64,000 bases of DNA. It comes from Myxococcales bacterium (lineage in GTDB: Bacteria; Myxococcota_A; Polyangia; Polyangiales; DASUME01). Position 1 is the first letter of the stretch, and each line of letters opens with the position of its first letter. Made by a program: the position numbers and the translations under genes. This document shows positions 11,443-22,254 of the stretch, piece after piece. Below the pieces are notes generated by a model. That model was not told the origin of the DNA and made no database searches. It saw only the letters and a list, made by a program, of their open reading frames with translations. The stretch covers positions 4,960,001 through 5,024,000 of the forward strand of contig JASGJH010000001.1 of the NCBI GenBank assembly GCA_047601445.1. Reading direction: 5' to 3'.

Positions 11443-12387
11443 ATGGCGACGCACTATGGGAGAACGCTTCTCTCGGTGGGAAGCATCAATCTGGACATTC
11501 AGGTTCGCGGCAAGCCGGCGGCCGGGGAGACACTCAAGGCCCGCGACTACTTGCGAGCAGGCGGAGGTAAGGGTGCCAACGCGGCCGTCTTCGCTGGCAG
11601 GCTCGAAGCCAACACCGCGCTCGTCGGACGCGTGGGCGACGACGCGTTCGCCAAGCTCGCGCTGCGCGAGTTGCGCGCTGCGCGCGTGGACCTCGACGGG
11701 GTGCTCGAGCGTCCAGGCAAGGACACAGGCAATGCAGTGGTGATCGTGCAGGACGATGGCACCAAGATGATCGTGCTGGCGCCCAACGCCAACCAGGCCT
11801 GGGAAGCCAACGCCGAGGACGTGGTCACCGATCGCGTGAATCGTTGCGGACCGGGCTCGGTGGTGGTCACCGATCTCGACATCTCTCGGCGCGTGGTGCG
11901 CGCCGCCCTGTCGGCCGCCCGTGCGCAGGGACTCATGACGGTTCTCGACCCCGCCCCCGCGACCGAGATGCGCGACGACCTCTACGCGCTGTGCGACTTC
12001 ATCACCCCCAATCCACGTGAGGCCGAGCAGCTGACGGGTGTCACAGTGAGGTCCGAGAAGGACGCAGCGAGGGCGGGCCACATCCTGCTCGATCGCGGCG
12101 TGCGCCACGCGTGCATCAAGCTGCCCCACGGGGGCGCCGCGCTGGTGGATGCACAGGGTGTGTGGGCGACCCTCGCTCCCAAGGTCAATGTGGTGGACAC
12201 GACCGGAGCGGGCGATGCCTTCGCAGCCGGACTCGGCGCGGCGCTGCTCAAGGGCTGCGACGCGCGTGAGGCGATGGTCCAGGCGGTGGCGGCCGCGTCG
12301 CTCGCGGTGACACGCTATGGAGCGCAGTTCGACTTCGAACGCAGTGAGTTCGAGACGCTGCTCGAGCGCACCCGTCAGGTCAACTAG
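11443..12387 (+). CDS. rbsK: Ribokinase-like PfkB family sugar kinase
   Basis: GSINLD, GGKGAN, DPAPA, TPNPRE, DTTGAGDAF. Confidence 0.8.
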   Translation: MATHYGRTLLSVGSINLDIQVRGKPAAGETLKARDYLRAGGGKGANAAVFAGRLEANTALVGRVGDDAFAKLALRELRAARVDLDGVLERPGKDTGNAVVIVQDDGTKMIVLAPNANQAWEANAEDVVTDRVNRCGPGSVVVTDLDISRRVVRAALSAARAQGLMTVLDPAPATEMRDDLYALCDFITPNPREAEQLTGVTVRSEKDAARAGHILLDRGVRHACIKLPHGGAALVDAQGVWATLAPKVNVVDTTGAGDAFAAGLGAALLKGCDAREAMVQAVAAASLAVTRYGAQFDFERSEFETLLERTRQVN

Positions 12388-13538
12388 AAGGCCTCCTTGA
12401 ACTGCAGATACACATAGAGCGCGTCACCGTAGGCGATGTCCAAACGGAAGTTGGCGCGCGTCTCGGACACCACCGCGAAGCGACCCCCCACGCCGCCGGC
12501 GGCGTGCAGTCCGCGGGGCGTGAAGTCCGCGACGCGCGAGGCCACCCTGCCCACCGAGCCGAATCCCACCAGCGCCCAACGGGTGGAAAGGGGCACGCGG
12601 TACTCGAACTCGAGGGCCCCGAGCACCCGGTCGCGCAGCCGCCCCTGGTACCAACCGCGAAAGAGCAAAGGTCCCCCGAGCATCGGCATCAGCTGCAGCG
12701 GCACGTCACCGAGCGTGCCCGACGCGACCAGGCGCATCGCCAACACATGATCGCGCCAGAGGGGCTGATAGTGCCGCAGGTCCGCGCGCAACAGCGTGGC
12801 CGAAAAGTCGGAGCCCAGTCGCGCCCCGAAGCGGGTGACGTCCGCGTGCAAGAAGCTCCCGCGCTCCGGCCAAAACAAGCCCTTGCGCGTGTCCCACGCC
12901 GCGACCGCGCCCAACCCATGCCAGTGCACGCTTCCCACGCCGAGCGGGCCCGCAGCGCGCAACGCTCGGTCTTCTTGCTCGGAGTCACTGAAGCGCAGTT
13001 GATGGTGGAGCCCGAGGTACAGCCTCGAGATGACGCGATGTAGGAGCTCGGTCTCGGCCTGGCTGTAGTGATCGGTGTAGTCCTGACGATCGCTGACGCG
13101 CGTGTGGTTGCCGATCCCATAGAAGCGATCGGGCCAATCCACGTAGCGAAGGTCCTGCCACAACACCCAGCGGTCATCCCTGAAATGCAGCTCGGCGGTG
13201 CCCCCCGCCACCGTTTGCTTGCGGGTGGTGTAGATGCCGTAGGCGATCACGTTGCTGGGGCGGTCGCGAAAGGCACCTGGTAGCTGCCAGGTGGACAACA
13301 GGCCCGCGCCGAAGCCGAACTGCGTCTCGGGCGTGTAGAGCACGATGGGTACGGCCGTGACGTACCTCCACCATGGGGTCTCTGGCTCGATCTCGGGGGT
13401 GATCACGTTCTGGTGCGGCGGGGGCGCGGCCGGCTCCGCGTTCGCGGGCGTGGGCGAGCTCACCTGAGCATGCGCAGAACGCAGGCCGAGCAGGCTCAAC
13501 ACGGCGCAACAGAGCCATGAAAGTCCGAACCGCAGCAC
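12384..13538 (-). CDS. Omp85 (BamA/TamA) family outer-membrane protein, barrel only
   Basis: Signal peptide, YTPET, LGG..FRG(W)Y.GR.RD loop motif, terminal EAF. Confidence 0.8.
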   Translation of the reverse strand: MLRFGLSWLCCAVLSLLGLRSAHAQVSSPTPANAEPAAPPPHQNVITPEIEPETPWWRYVTAVPIVLYTPETQFGFGAGLLSTWQLPGAFRDRPSNVIAYGIYTTRKQTVAGGTAELHFRDDRWVLWQDLRYVDWPDRFYGIGNHTRVSDRQDYTDHYSQAETELLHRVISRLYLGLHHQLRFSDSEQEDRALRAAGPLGVGSVHWHGLGAVAAWDTRKGLFWPERGSFLHADVTRFGARLGSDFSATLLRADLRHYQPLWRDHVLAMRLVASGTLGDVPLQLMPMLGGPLLFRGWYQGRLRDRVLGALEFEYRVPLSTRWALVGFGSVGRVASRVADFTPRGLHAAGGVGGRFAVVSETRANFRLDIAYGDALYVYLQFKEAF

Positions 13539-13922
13539 GGGGGGTCGCCGACTCTAGCCCGCCTCGCCGGCGCACCCGCAGTTCGCGCCGGGTGTGCCCC
13601 GCGCTTACGGATTGAGGCCTGGATCTCGCTCAATTGAACGCTTTCGTCTCGGTGCGACCGCCTGGCGCCGGCAGCCCCCGAACGCCCTCCCGCCCATGCA
13701 TCTCCCACGGCGTTCACCCGCTCGGCCCATGTCCGCGCCCGCCGAGGCTATCGCGCAACTCCGAGGGGTGAGTTCAGGCTGCGAGATCCTGAGGGATGTC
13801 CGTCTGCAGCCCGATTTTGTCCGCCTCGAGCACGGATCGCGCGCGGAATTGGGGGGCTCGACTGTCCGAAGGGAGGGGAGGCTGGTTTGACTCCACTGAC
13901 TGTGATAACAGTGGCGGCGAGC

Positions 13923-14738
13923 ATGTCTCTCGCCGTCGTTCGCAACCTGTCCCTCGCAGACCAGGTGTTCCAGCAACTCGCGAGCGCCATCATTTCATCT
14001 CGTTACAAGCCCGGGCAGGCGTTGCCCGCGGAGCGCAAGCTGGTGGAGACCTTCAAGGTCAACCGGCACGTGGTGCGCGAAGCCCTCAAGCGCCTCGAGC
14101 AAATCGGCCTCGTGCGCATCACACAGGGTGGCGGCACACACGTGCTCGACTTCACCAAGCACGCCGGCTTGGACCTGCTAGCCATGATGGCCGACTACTC
14201 CAACGCCCAGCAATCCGCGATGGGCGTGTGGCTGGCCGTGCACGAGATGCGCGCGGTGATCATGGCCGACGCTGTGAGACTGTGTGCCGTGCGTGGGGGC
14301 GCCGAGCTCAAGGCCGAGCTGGTGGAGATCGCCGCCAAGATGCACGCCCTCGGCGACGGTCCGGAGCTCTATACGCTCGAGATCTCGTTCTGGGATCGGG
14401 TGCTCGAAGGGGCGAACAACATCGCCTACCGACTCGCGTTCAATAGCTTGGTCAAGGGCACCCACGCCCCAGCCGTAAGCGACATTGCACGTGTGTGGGC
14501 CATCTTCGAGGTCAAGCAGGGCGGCTACCGAGTGGAGCTGGCCAAGCACATCCAAGCCGGCGACGGCACGGCCGCTGAAACCAACGCCCGCGATTCGGTG
14601 CGCATGGTCACCGAGGCGCTCTCGCGCGTGGCCCAGGCCGCCAGCATGGCGCCGGTCCCCTTCACGGAGCCCGAGGGTGTTGAGCTGCAAGCCGCGACGG
14701 TGCGCCGGCGCCCCAAGCGCACGCCTTCCACCACCTGA
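13923..14738 (+). CDS. GntR/FadR family transcriptional regulator
   Basis: LPAERKL...VNRHVVREALKRLEQIGLV wHTH. Confidence 0.9.
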   Translation: MSLAVVRNLSLADQVFQQLASAIISSRYKPGQALPAERKLVETFKVNRHVVREALKRLEQIGLVRITQGGGTHVLDFTKHAGLDLLAMMADYSNAQQSAMGVWLAVHEMRAVIMADAVRLCAVRGGAELKAELVEIAAKMHALGDGPELYTLEISFWDRVLEGANNIAYRLAFNSLVKGTHAPAVSDIARVWAIFEVKQGGYRVELAKHIQAGDGTAAETNARDSVRMVTEALSRVAQAASMAPVPFTEPEGVELQAATVRRRPKRTPSTT

Positions 14739-14764
14739 CCAAGTGCCGTGAGACCCACGGCAAC

Positions 14765-16927
14765 TTAGGCAGCGCGCTTCACTTCCGAGAGGCGCTTCTG
14801 GAGCTGGGCCACGCGCTCGCGTGAGAGCTGGCTCCCACCGTAGCGGGCCGCCGTGTAGGCGTCGGTCAGCTCGCGTACTTGGGGCGCCGTAGGGAAACCT
14901 TCTCGCTCGAGCGCGCGCGCATGGGCCTCCGGACTGACGTGAATCGGACGCGCTTTGCCCTGCTTCGCGAGCGCACGCTCGAGCTCCCGATACAGCGCCT
15001 GGGCGCGCCGCGCCGATTCAGGCAGTGCGCGCACGGCGGCGGCCCGGCGACGTAGGGCCCGCCACACCAGGAGCAGCACCACGATCACCGCGAGCCCCAT
15101 CGCCAGGCGACTCGGAAGCTGACCGATGGCGTCGCCATTCTTGTTGCGGGCGCCGTCCGCAGGGCCGGAGGAGGGCTTGATTCCTTCGAGGCTAGGCCAC
15201 TTGATCTCGCGCAAAAACGCCTGCATTTCGCGCAAGAATCGGATCTGCGCGCGCACGTCGTAGCTGACCACCTTGGTCATCCAGTAGGCACGCGCGGCAT
15301 CCACCATCGCGCTCAAGTCGCGCACCAACCAGTCGTTCGGCCCCACCTCGTAGCGAGAAGCCGGGGTCGGATCGAGCGTCACCCAGCCGCGCTCCGGAAA
15401 CTGCGCTTCGACCCAGCTGTGCGCGTCCGATTGTCGGATCCCGTAGTAGCCGCCGTAAGGGTTGTACTTACCGCCCAGGAAGCCGGTCACGTTGCGGCTC
15501 GGGATGCCGACCGCGCGCAACATGATCGCCAGCGCCGTCGCGAAATACTCGCAGTGGCCACGGCGGGCCTCGAACAAGAACACCTCGAGCGGCGGCTTCG
15601 AGCCCACGTCGGGCATATCGGTGCTGTATCGGTAGCGGCCACCGTCGCGTAGGTGAGTGAGCAAGCGGGCGGCCTTCTCCCGCGGGTCGGAGAGGTCCTT
15701 GGTGAGCTCACGCGCCAGCGCGTACACGCGTTCGTGCCCAGGTGGCAGCGCGAGGTAGCGATCGTCGTCGAGGTCGCGGGCCAAGGGCACGTCGAAATCG
15801 CCGAGGTCCGTGCTGACCACCGCGTCATACATGAGGGCGATGTCTTCGGGCGCGCGGAAGCGCAGGTCGAAGCCGTGCCCGCGCGTGAGCTCCACCTTCT
15901 CGCGTGGGCCGCCGGGCAGGCCGCGGTGCGGGATGCGCACGCCCACGCTGCCGTGGGGCAAGAACAACACGGGCTCGTCGAGCCGCTCGAGGATCAGCTT
16001 GAAGATGCGATCCTCAGGGCGGCCCATGCGGCGCAGCGCGAAGTACTCGTTGAGGCGGGCCATCGGCACCGCGGCGTCGCTGGAGCGCGTCCAGATGCGC
16101 CCGTCGTAGCGATCGAAGGCGGTCCCGCGCAGACGCAGGTAGCGCGCCTCCTCGCGCGGCGTGAGTGGGCGATCGGGCGTGAGTCGGATGACCACCGTGG
16201 GGTCGTCGCGGATGACACCGAACTGGCCGAGCTCGATGTTGTTTCCGAAGCCTGCCATGTGCTGCCCGCGCGAGCTGCCGAAGCTCAACATGCCGAGCCC
16301 GACGCGCGGAAAGATCACGAACAGCCCGAGGGTCATCAGCAACATGGGCACGCTCAGCAGCAGCGTCCACAGCAAGAACGGCGCGCCCACGATGCGTTTG
16401 GAGGAGAGCACGCGCGCGAGATCGGTGCCGCCGCGCGCATCGGCCTGCGGCGGGTAGTTGCGCTCGATCTCACGGCGAAGGTGCGCGAACGTGAGCACCC
16501 ACGGAGTCACGATCACGAAGGCCACGAACAAGACCGCGTAGCCGAGATCGGTGGTGAGCACCGTGGCTGCGATGAGCTGGACGAAGGCCAACATGGCGAT
16601 CTGCTGGTAGTCGGCCGCGTTGCGTCGGTTGCTGAGCCGCGAGATGGTCAAGAGACCCGCGAACTCCATGGTCAGTGCGAGCCAACCGTCGCCAAAGAAC
16701 AGGCCGCGCGCCACTTGCAGCGCGAGCGCCGCGGGCATGAGCCAGCTCCACAACCTGCTCCAGGCAGGGCGCGCGAACCAGGGCCCCTCCGCGAACCAGC
16801 TGGCGACGAAGCCCACACCCAGCGCAGCGAGCGACGCCGGCGAGAGCTCGCCGCCGAAGCTGAGCGCGCACAGGCCGAGCGCGGCGAGCAGGTAGGTGAC
16901 GACCTTCTGGAGCGCGCCGAAGCTCAT
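14765..16927 (-). CDS. Transglutaminase TgpA-like membrane protein (DUF3488, TGase core, DUF4129)
   Basis: N-terminal TMs; triad motifs GHCEYFA, DAHSWVE, LDPT; C-terminal YTAARYG. Confidence 0.9.
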   Translation of the reverse strand: MSFGALQKVVTYLLAALGLCALSFGGELSPASLAALGVGFVASWFAEGPWFARPAWSRLWSWLMPAALALQVARGLFFGDGWLALTMEFAGLLTISRLSNRRNAADYQQIAMLAFVQLIAATVLTTDLGYAVLFVAFVIVTPWVLTFAHLRREIERNYPPQADARGGTDLARVLSSKRIVGAPFLLWTLLLSVPMLLMTLGLFVIFPRVGLGMLSFGSSRGQHMAGFGNNIELGQFGVIRDDPTVVIRLTPDRPLTPREEARYLRLRGTAFDRYDGRIWTRSSDAAVPMARLNEYFALRRMGRPEDRIFKLILERLDEPVLFLPHGSVGVRIPHRGLPGGPREKVELTRGHGFDLRFRAPEDIALMYDAVVSTDLGDFDVPLARDLDDDRYLALPPGHERVYALARELTKDLSDPREKAARLLTHLRDGGRYRYSTDMPDVGSKPPLEVFLFEARRGHCEYFATALAIMLRAVGIPSRNVTGFLGGKYNPYGGYYGIRQSDAHSWVEAQFPERGWVTLDPTPASRYEVGPNDWLVRDLSAMVDAARAYWMTKVVSYDVRAQIRFLREMQAFLREIKWPSLEGIKPSSGPADGARNKNGDAIGQLPSRLAMGLAVIVVLLLVWRALRRRAAAVRALPESARRAQALYRELERALAKQGKARPIHVSPEAHARALEREGFPTAPQVRELTDAYTAARYGGSQLSRERVAQLQKRLSEVKRAA

Positions 16928-18012
16928 GCGGCGTCCCGTCCTCCGCCCGAGCCAGCCAAGTCGCGCGCCTCGAGCACGCGGCCGCCGGTGGTGGGTGCCG
17001 CGAACTCGAGCCCCTTCTGCGTCGGTTGCAGCGAGGCCAAGAATCGAAAGATGGGGTCCGCGGGTGCATGGGAGGGCACGTTCGGCGAGCGCTCCCCACG
17101 CGCGCAGATCTCCACGGCGTAGCCGCGGCCGAGTGCGTACTCCGCGAGATAGGCGCAGCGTGAGATCTGCTCCTCGAAGCTGCCCTGCCAGGCGGTGTCG
17201 CCGGGGTCGGCGCACAGGTTGTCGAGGCGGATGCTCAAGAGATGCCCTGCTTCACGCTCGAACTCACGTACCACCAGGCGCCCGACCGCTGCGCTGCGCT
17301 TCCAGTGGACGGCGCGCAGCTCGTCGTGGGCGCGGAACTCGCGTAGCTCGCGCGTCTCGGTGCCGCGGCCTCGCGCCGTGCCTGCATGATCACCATGGTC
17401 GTGCATGGTCATCAACGGCAGCTCGGTCTTGAGGCGCGCCGGAAACACCAGCAGCGAGTCTTCCACGGCCAACTCGCGCCACTTCTCGAACAGGGCGAAG
17501 GGGAAGCGCGTGGCGACACGAAAGGCCACGAATACGGCCTCACCACGGCGCATCGGGATCCGGCGATAGGAGGCCACCTGTTCGCTACCCGGGGCCACCT
17601 TGAGGAAATAGCAGCGGCGGTCGTTTACCAGCTCGCGGGCGTGATCCTCGACCTCGATGGAGTAGCTGACCAGGCGCTCCTTGCGGTTCTCCACGGCAAT
17701 CTCGATCAACATCGGCTCACCCACGAAGGCCTGCGCCGGCAGGCGCCGCGTCACCCTGAGCTTGCGCAGCGCGTGCTCGCTGAGGATGCCGCTCAGCACG
17801 ATCAGGCTCAGCATGAAGCCGAACACGAGGTACATCAGGTTGGTGCCCGTGTTGACCGCGCCGAAGCCGAGGCCCACCGTGACGAACACGAACACCTTGC
17901 CCTCGCGGGTGAACTTCAGGTGTCGGCGGTAGCGCCGGTTCCGCGGCAGATACCAGGGGACCCGCGCCTCTGTCAGCGACACCGAGTCCGCGTGCGCGCT
18001 CGGCTCCGCCAT
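16924..18012 (-). CDS. DUF58 family protein
   Basis: TRFPFALF, LREFR..DELRAVHWKRSA, LVVREFE; lies between moxR and the transglutaminase. Confidence 0.9.
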   Translation of the reverse strand: MAEPSAHADSVSLTEARVPWYLPRNRRYRRHLKFTREGKVFVFVTVGLGFGAVNTGTNLMYLVFGFMLSLIVLSGILSEHALRKLRVTRRLPAQAFVGEPMLIEIAVENRKERLVSYSIEVEDHARELVNDRRCYFLKVAPGSEQVASYRRIPMRRGEAVFVAFRVATRFPFALFEKWRELAVEDSLLVFPARLKTELPLMTMHDHGDHAGTARGRGTETRELREFRAHDELRAVHWKRSAAVGRLVVREFEREAGHLLSIRLDNLCADPGDTAWQGSFEEQISRCAYLAEYALGRGYAVEICARGERSPNVPSHAPADPIFRFLASLQPTQKGLEFAAPTTGGRVLEARDLAGSGGGRDAA

Positions 18013-18989
18013 CAGATAGGCACGGGGATCTTGGAAACCAGCTCGCGCACCACGCGCTCGGCGTCCATGCGATGGGCGCCCGCCTCGTGGGTGCCGCCCA
18101 GGCGCACGCGGTGGGCCAAGGCGTGCACGGCCAGGGACTGCACGTCGTCGGGCGTGGCGTACGTGCGCCCCGAGACCAGCGCGCGAGCTCGCACTGCGCG
18201 CTCGAAGGACAGCGCGCCGCGCGTGGAGGCCCCGAGCGAGAGCAGCTTGCTCTCACGGGTAGCGAGGACCAGACGGTGCAGGTAACCGATGACCTCTTCG
18301 TCCACGTGTACGTCGTCGACCACGCTCTGGGCCGCGAGGAGATCTTCCTTGCTCGCCACCACCGCCAGGTTCTCGGTGGGATCCTGGCCGCGCCTGCGCA
18401 TCAGGATCTGCCGCTCCACCTCGGGCTCGGGGTAACCCACGTGAATGCGCAGGAGGAAGCGATCGAGCTGCGACTCGGGCAGCGGATAGGTGCCGTAGAA
18501 CTCCTCGGGGTTCTGGGTGGCGATCACGAAGAACGGCTGGTCGAGGGGATAGGTGACACCGTCGATGGACACGCGGCGCTCGTCCATGGCCTCGAGCAAT
18601 GCGCTCTGAGTGCGCGGCGTGGTGCGGTTGATCTCGTCCGCCAGGAGCACGTGCGTGAACACCGGCCCCTTGCGGAACGTGAAGCTGCCCGTGGCAGGCT
18701 CGAGCACGCTTCCGCCGAGGACGTCGGCGGGCATCAGGTCGGAGGTGAACTGCAGGCGCGTGAAGTCCACCCCCAACGAGCGTGAGAGCGCGCGAGCCAG
18801 CGTGGTCTTGCCGACGCCAGGCACGTCTTCCACCAGCAGGTGTCCGCGCGCGAGCAGGCAGGTGACCGAGAGCTCCACCGCCTCTCGCTTGCCTTGCAAG
18901 ACCTTGCCAACGTTGTCGACGAGCGCGCTGGCGAGGCGGGCGGCGCGCTCTGCGCCCAGGTTCGTTGCCGCTAGTTCAGGCCGAGCCAT
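18012..18989 (-). CDS. moxR: MoxR family AAA+ ATPase
   Basis: EDVPGVGKT, QFTSDLMPAD, LADEINR, ATQNP, YPLPESQLDRF. Confidence 0.95.
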   Translation of the reverse strand: MARPELAATNLGAERAARLASALVDNVGKVLQGKREAVELSVTCLLARGHLLVEDVPGVGKTTLARALSRSLGVDFTRLQFTSDLMPADVLGGSVLEPATGSFTFRKGPVFTHVLLADEINRTTPRTQSALLEAMDERRVSIDGVTYPLDQPFFVIATQNPEEFYGTYPLPESQLDRFLLRIHVGYPEPEVERQILMRRRGQDPTENLAVVASKEDLLAAQSVVDDVHVDEEVIGYLHRLVLATRESKLLSLGASTRGALSFERAVRARALVSGRTYATPDDVQSLAVHALAHRVRLGGTHEAGAHRMDAERVVRELVSKIPVPI

Positions 18990-19120
18990 GTGCTCGAGAT
19001 CGTACCATGGGCCTTTCGGCGACGCGGGCGCAGAGAGCTCTCTTGATCCGCGACAGCCATGTGGGCTGAGGTGATCTAAGCGCACCAGCAAGCCAGACGG
19101 CGGGATTTCGCGGCGGCGTA

Positions 19121-19999
19121 TTAGCCCCGCCGGGCCAGCGCGACATGGCGTTCCCGGCGGGGGAAACGCCGCGCCTGGCGCGCGTCGACGTAGCGCGTGG
19201 CGAGTGCGGCGTCGGTCTCGTCGGCGAGCAGTTGGAAGTTTCGTTCGCCCAACCACGCAGGCAGCCGCTCGGGTCGAAAGCCGAACCGATAGGGTTCCCC
19301 GACGCGGGACACCAATGTGGCGGTGAGCCGCGCGTCTCCTTCGGGGGCCCGGATGGCCTTGTGATCGAGATAGGTCACGGCGAGCCAGGAGTCGGGCCCG
19401 CTGTAGTCGGCCACGGCGCGCACGGTCTCGTCCACGCTCTCGGCCTGCAGGTACATGGTCACGCCCTCCCAAATCGTCAGCGTGCGCGCACTGAGGTCGA
19501 GGCCCTTGCGCGCGAGCTCCGCAGGCAGCCCGTGGGTACCGCGGTGCTCGAAGTCCCAATCCACGTACGACACGGGGGCCGAACGCTCGCTGCTCGAGAA
19601 GAGCTTCTTCTTGGCCTGGGTGGCCGGGTGGTCCACCTCGAACACGCGCGCCTGCGCGAGCGCGTCGGCGAAGCGCAGCGCGCGACAGTCGTAGCCGGCA
19701 CCGAGCAGCACGACCTGGCGTCCGCCCTCGGCCGCAAAGCGCTGCAAGATGTCATCGAGGGCGCGGGTCCGGAGCTGCATCCACAGCAGGAACGCGGTCA
19801 ACGGTCCGCCCGCCGAGACCACGCTTCGTCCCAGCTCCGGGTGCCTCAAGCAAAAGCGCGCAAACGCGCCCACCACGCCGTCGGCGAGCTCCGCCCCAAA
19901 CCGATCCTCCGCCAGTTGCAGCCGCTCCGGCAGCAAGCGGCCCACCCCACGCGCCGCGGCGACCCAGGCCGCGGTTGCACTCGCTTGATTGCGCCTCAT
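19121..19999 (-). CDS. SAM-dependent methyltransferase (LCM-like family)
   Basis: RTRALDD, QVVLLGAGYDCRA, FEVDHP, WEGVTMYL. Confidence 0.9.
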   Translation of the reverse strand: MRRNQASATAAWVAAARGVGRLLPERLQLAEDRFGAELADGVVGAFARFCLRHPELGRSVVSAGGPLTAFLLWMQLRTRALDDILQRFAAEGGRQVVLLGAGYDCRALRFADALAQARVFEVDHPATQAKKKLFSSSERSAPVSYVDWDFEHRGTHGLPAELARKGLDLSARTLTIWEGVTMYLQAESVDETVRAVADYSGPDSWLAVTYLDHKAIRAPEGDARLTATLVSRVGEPYRFGFRPERLPAWLGERNFQLLADETDAALATRYVDARQARRFPRRERHVALARRG

Positions 20000-20039
20000 G
20001 GAGGGCCAAGAGTAATTCAGCCGAAGCACCCACGCCCCT

Positions 20040-20172
20040 TTGGCGGTGGCCGTGGCGGAGACCGTGGCCGTGGCGGGGGACCGTGGCCATGGCCGTGGCG
20101 GAGACCGTGGCCGTGGACCGTGCTGGTGGCCGGAGACCGTGGCCGCTGATGGCTGAGGGCTGAGGGCTGATG
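20040..20172. repeat. CCGTGG/GGAGACCG repeat tract plus GCTGA(G/T)G heptamer run
   Basis: Reverse complement matches 1728-1751 at 23/24 nt; GCTGATG-GCTGAGG-GCTGAGG-GCTGATG at 20145-20172. Confidence 0.75.
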
Positions 20173-20255
20173 CCAGACGACCGATGCCAGACGGCAGACA
20201 ACCGATTATCCCCCCCTCCCCGCCGGGGGCTCGCCCGCGCGCTACCATGCCCGCC

Positions 20256-20666
20256 ATGCAAATCACCCGCCTGCTCGGACTCGGATGCCTGGTGCTCCTC
20301 GGTGCCTGCGCCAAGAAGCCCACTGCCTACGAAACGCTGCCGCAGCTCCGGCAAGCGATCGAAGAGCCGGTGACGTCGCCGGAGCAAAACCAACGGCACA
20401 GCCAGCTGGTGCAGATGGTGAGCGAGGAAGGACACCTCGAGGGGCTGTCGCGCACGGACGTGGAAGCCAAGATCGGCAAGGGCGACGTGTGCTCGAAGCA
20501 TCCCCTGTGCAGCCAGCAGGGCTTCATGGACGACGACTGGTACTACGAAATCGGCACCGCCAGCGAAGGCCCCGACGCCTCCTACCTGCGCTATCGGCCC
20601 GCGCTGATCCTCGGCTTCAATCGCTTTGGCAAGGTCGAGCGCACCTACGTGCTACGGGTCGAATAG
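20256..20666 (+). CDS. Lipoprotein, possibly SmpA/BamE-like fold
   Basis: Lipobox LGAC; pattern GLSRTDVEAKIG...WYY...LILGFNRFGKV. Confidence 0.6.
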   Translation: MQITRLLGLGCLVLLGACAKKPTAYETLPQLRQAIEEPVTSPEQNQRHSQLVQMVSEEGHLEGLSRTDVEAKIGKGDVCSKHPLCSQQGFMDDDWYYEIGTASEGPDASYLRYRPALILGFNRFGKVERTYVLRVE

Positions 20667-20698
20667 CCCGCTTGGCTCATTCGGAATAGCCTGAGGCC

Positions 20699-21124
20699 AT
20701 GCGCTACCTCCACACCATGATCCGGGTCTACGACCTCGATGCGACGCTCACGTTCTTCTGTCAGCTCCTCGGCCTGCGCGAGGTGCGCCGCAGGGAGTCG
20801 GAGCAGGGCCGCTTCACGCTCGTGTTTTTGAGCAGTGGCCACGACGGCGATCCGGCCGAAGTCGAGCTCACATACAACTGGGATCAGACCGAGCCCTACA
20901 GCGTCGGACGCAACTTTGGTCATCTGGCCTTCGAAGTAGACGACGTCTACGAAACCTGCCGGAAGCTCATGGCCGGTGGCGTCCAAATTTTGCGCCCCCC
21001 ACGCGATGGACGCATGGCTTTCGTGCGCTCTCCCGATCAGACCTCGGTGGAACTTTTACAGCGCGGCGACGCTCTGGCGCCCGCGGAACCATGGAAATCC
21101 ATGCCCAGTCAAGGCGAGTGGTAA
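20699..21124 (+). CDS. gloA: Lactoylglutathione lyase (glyoxalase I)
   Basis: [35 protein letters not shown]. Confidence 0.9.
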   Translation: MRYLHTMIRVYDLDATLTFFCQLLGLREVRRRESEQGRFTLVFLSSGHDGDPAEVELTYNWDQTEPYSVGRNFGHLAFEVDDVYETCRKLMAGGVQILRPPRDGRMAFVRSPDQTSVELLQRGDALAPAEPWKSMPSQGEW

Positions 21125-21199
21125 GCCCGGTCAACTTCCACGGATATGACAAAGGGCTGACACAGCCGGACCGGGCAAGCTGATAACAACGTCTCATCT

Positions 21200-22129
21200 A
21201 TGCAGAGCAGCAGTGGTGTGGCGCCGGCTTCGGGTCATTGGACGAAAGACTACCTTCACGCGGGAGCCCTGCCGTTCTGGCTGATGCACGTGGCCGCGGC
21301 CATCGGCGTCGCCATGGTGGGCTTCTCCTGGTTCGGCCTGGGGCTCTTGTTCGTCACGTACTACGCCCGCATGTTCTTGATCACGGGCGGCTACCACCGC
21401 TACTTCTGCCACCGCGCCTACAAGACCTCGCGCTTCTTCCAGTTCGTGCTCGCCTTCTTGGGCGCGAGTTGTCTGCAGAAGGGCGCCATGTGGTGGGCAG
21501 GCAATCATCGCCACCACCACAAGTTTGCAGACACGTCGGAAGACCCGCACTCGCCGCGTGAGCAGGGTCTGGTCTGGGCGCACATGGGCTGGATCGTGAG
21601 CCCTAGAAACAACCGCACGCGCATCGAGCACGTGCGTGACCTGGCGCGCTATCCCGAGTTGGTATGGCTGGACAAGTATCACCTGGTGCCGGTGGTGCTC
21701 TACGCCGTGTGCATGCTCTGGGCCTTCGGAGGCACGGGCTTGGTCTGGGGCTTCCTCGTGTCCTCGGTCGTGCTCTGGCACGGCACCTTCACCATCAACT
21801 CCCTCACCCACGTGTTCGGCAAGCGTCGCTTCGAGAACAGCGACGACTCCTTGAACAGCCTGCCGCTGGCGCTGCTGACCATGGGCGAGGGCTGGCACAA
21901 CAACCACCACTACTACCAGAGCACGGCCAACCAGGGCTTCTACTGGTGGGAAATCGATATGTCCTACTACGTGCTGCTCGGCCTCGAAAAGCTCGGCATC
22001 GTGTGGGACCTGCGCAAGCCCCCGCAGTGGGTGCTCGACAAGGGCCTCGGCAAGCAGGTGGAAGAGCCTGCGGACGCCAAGGCTTCGCGCGAGCACAAGG
22101 TCGAGGCAGACGCCGTAGCGAGCCTCTGA
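21200..22129 (+). CDS. Acyl-CoA (delta-9 type) fatty acid desaturase
   Basis: His boxes HRYFCH, HRHHH, GEGWHNNHH. Confidence 0.93.
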   Translation: MQSSSGVAPASGHWTKDYLHAGALPFWLMHVAAAIGVAMVGFSWFGLGLLFVTYYARMFLITGGYHRYFCHRAYKTSRFFQFVLAFLGASCLQKGAMWWAGNHRHHHKFADTSEDPHSPREQGLVWAHMGWIVSPRNNRTRIEHVRDLARYPELVWLDKYHLVPVVLYAVCMLWAFGGTGLVWGFLVSSVVLWHGTFTINSLTHVFGKRRFENSDDSLNSLPLALLTMGEGWHNNHHYYQSTANQGFYWWEIDMSYYVLLGLEKLGIVWDLRKPPQWVLDKGLGKQVEEPADAKASREHKVEADAVASL

Positions 22130-22254
22130 TCGCCGCTCTGACGATCGGACCGAGTGAGAGCTCCAGCGTCGTCGCACGTTTTAGATAGGCCCCTGGGGGC
22201 GTCCCTGATTCCGGCGCACGCCAGCATCGCGCCTTTCCGCCGCATCGCGGATAG

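Noticed and set aside
14765..18989. MoxR-DUF58-transglutaminase operon as a novel system
   Set aside because: A widespread, already described arrangement with nothing unusual here
21200..22129. Desaturase as part of the NRPS/PKS cluster
   Set aside because: Convergent with the cassette, follows gloA and looks like an ordinary delta-9 type; no positive evidence, though not excluded
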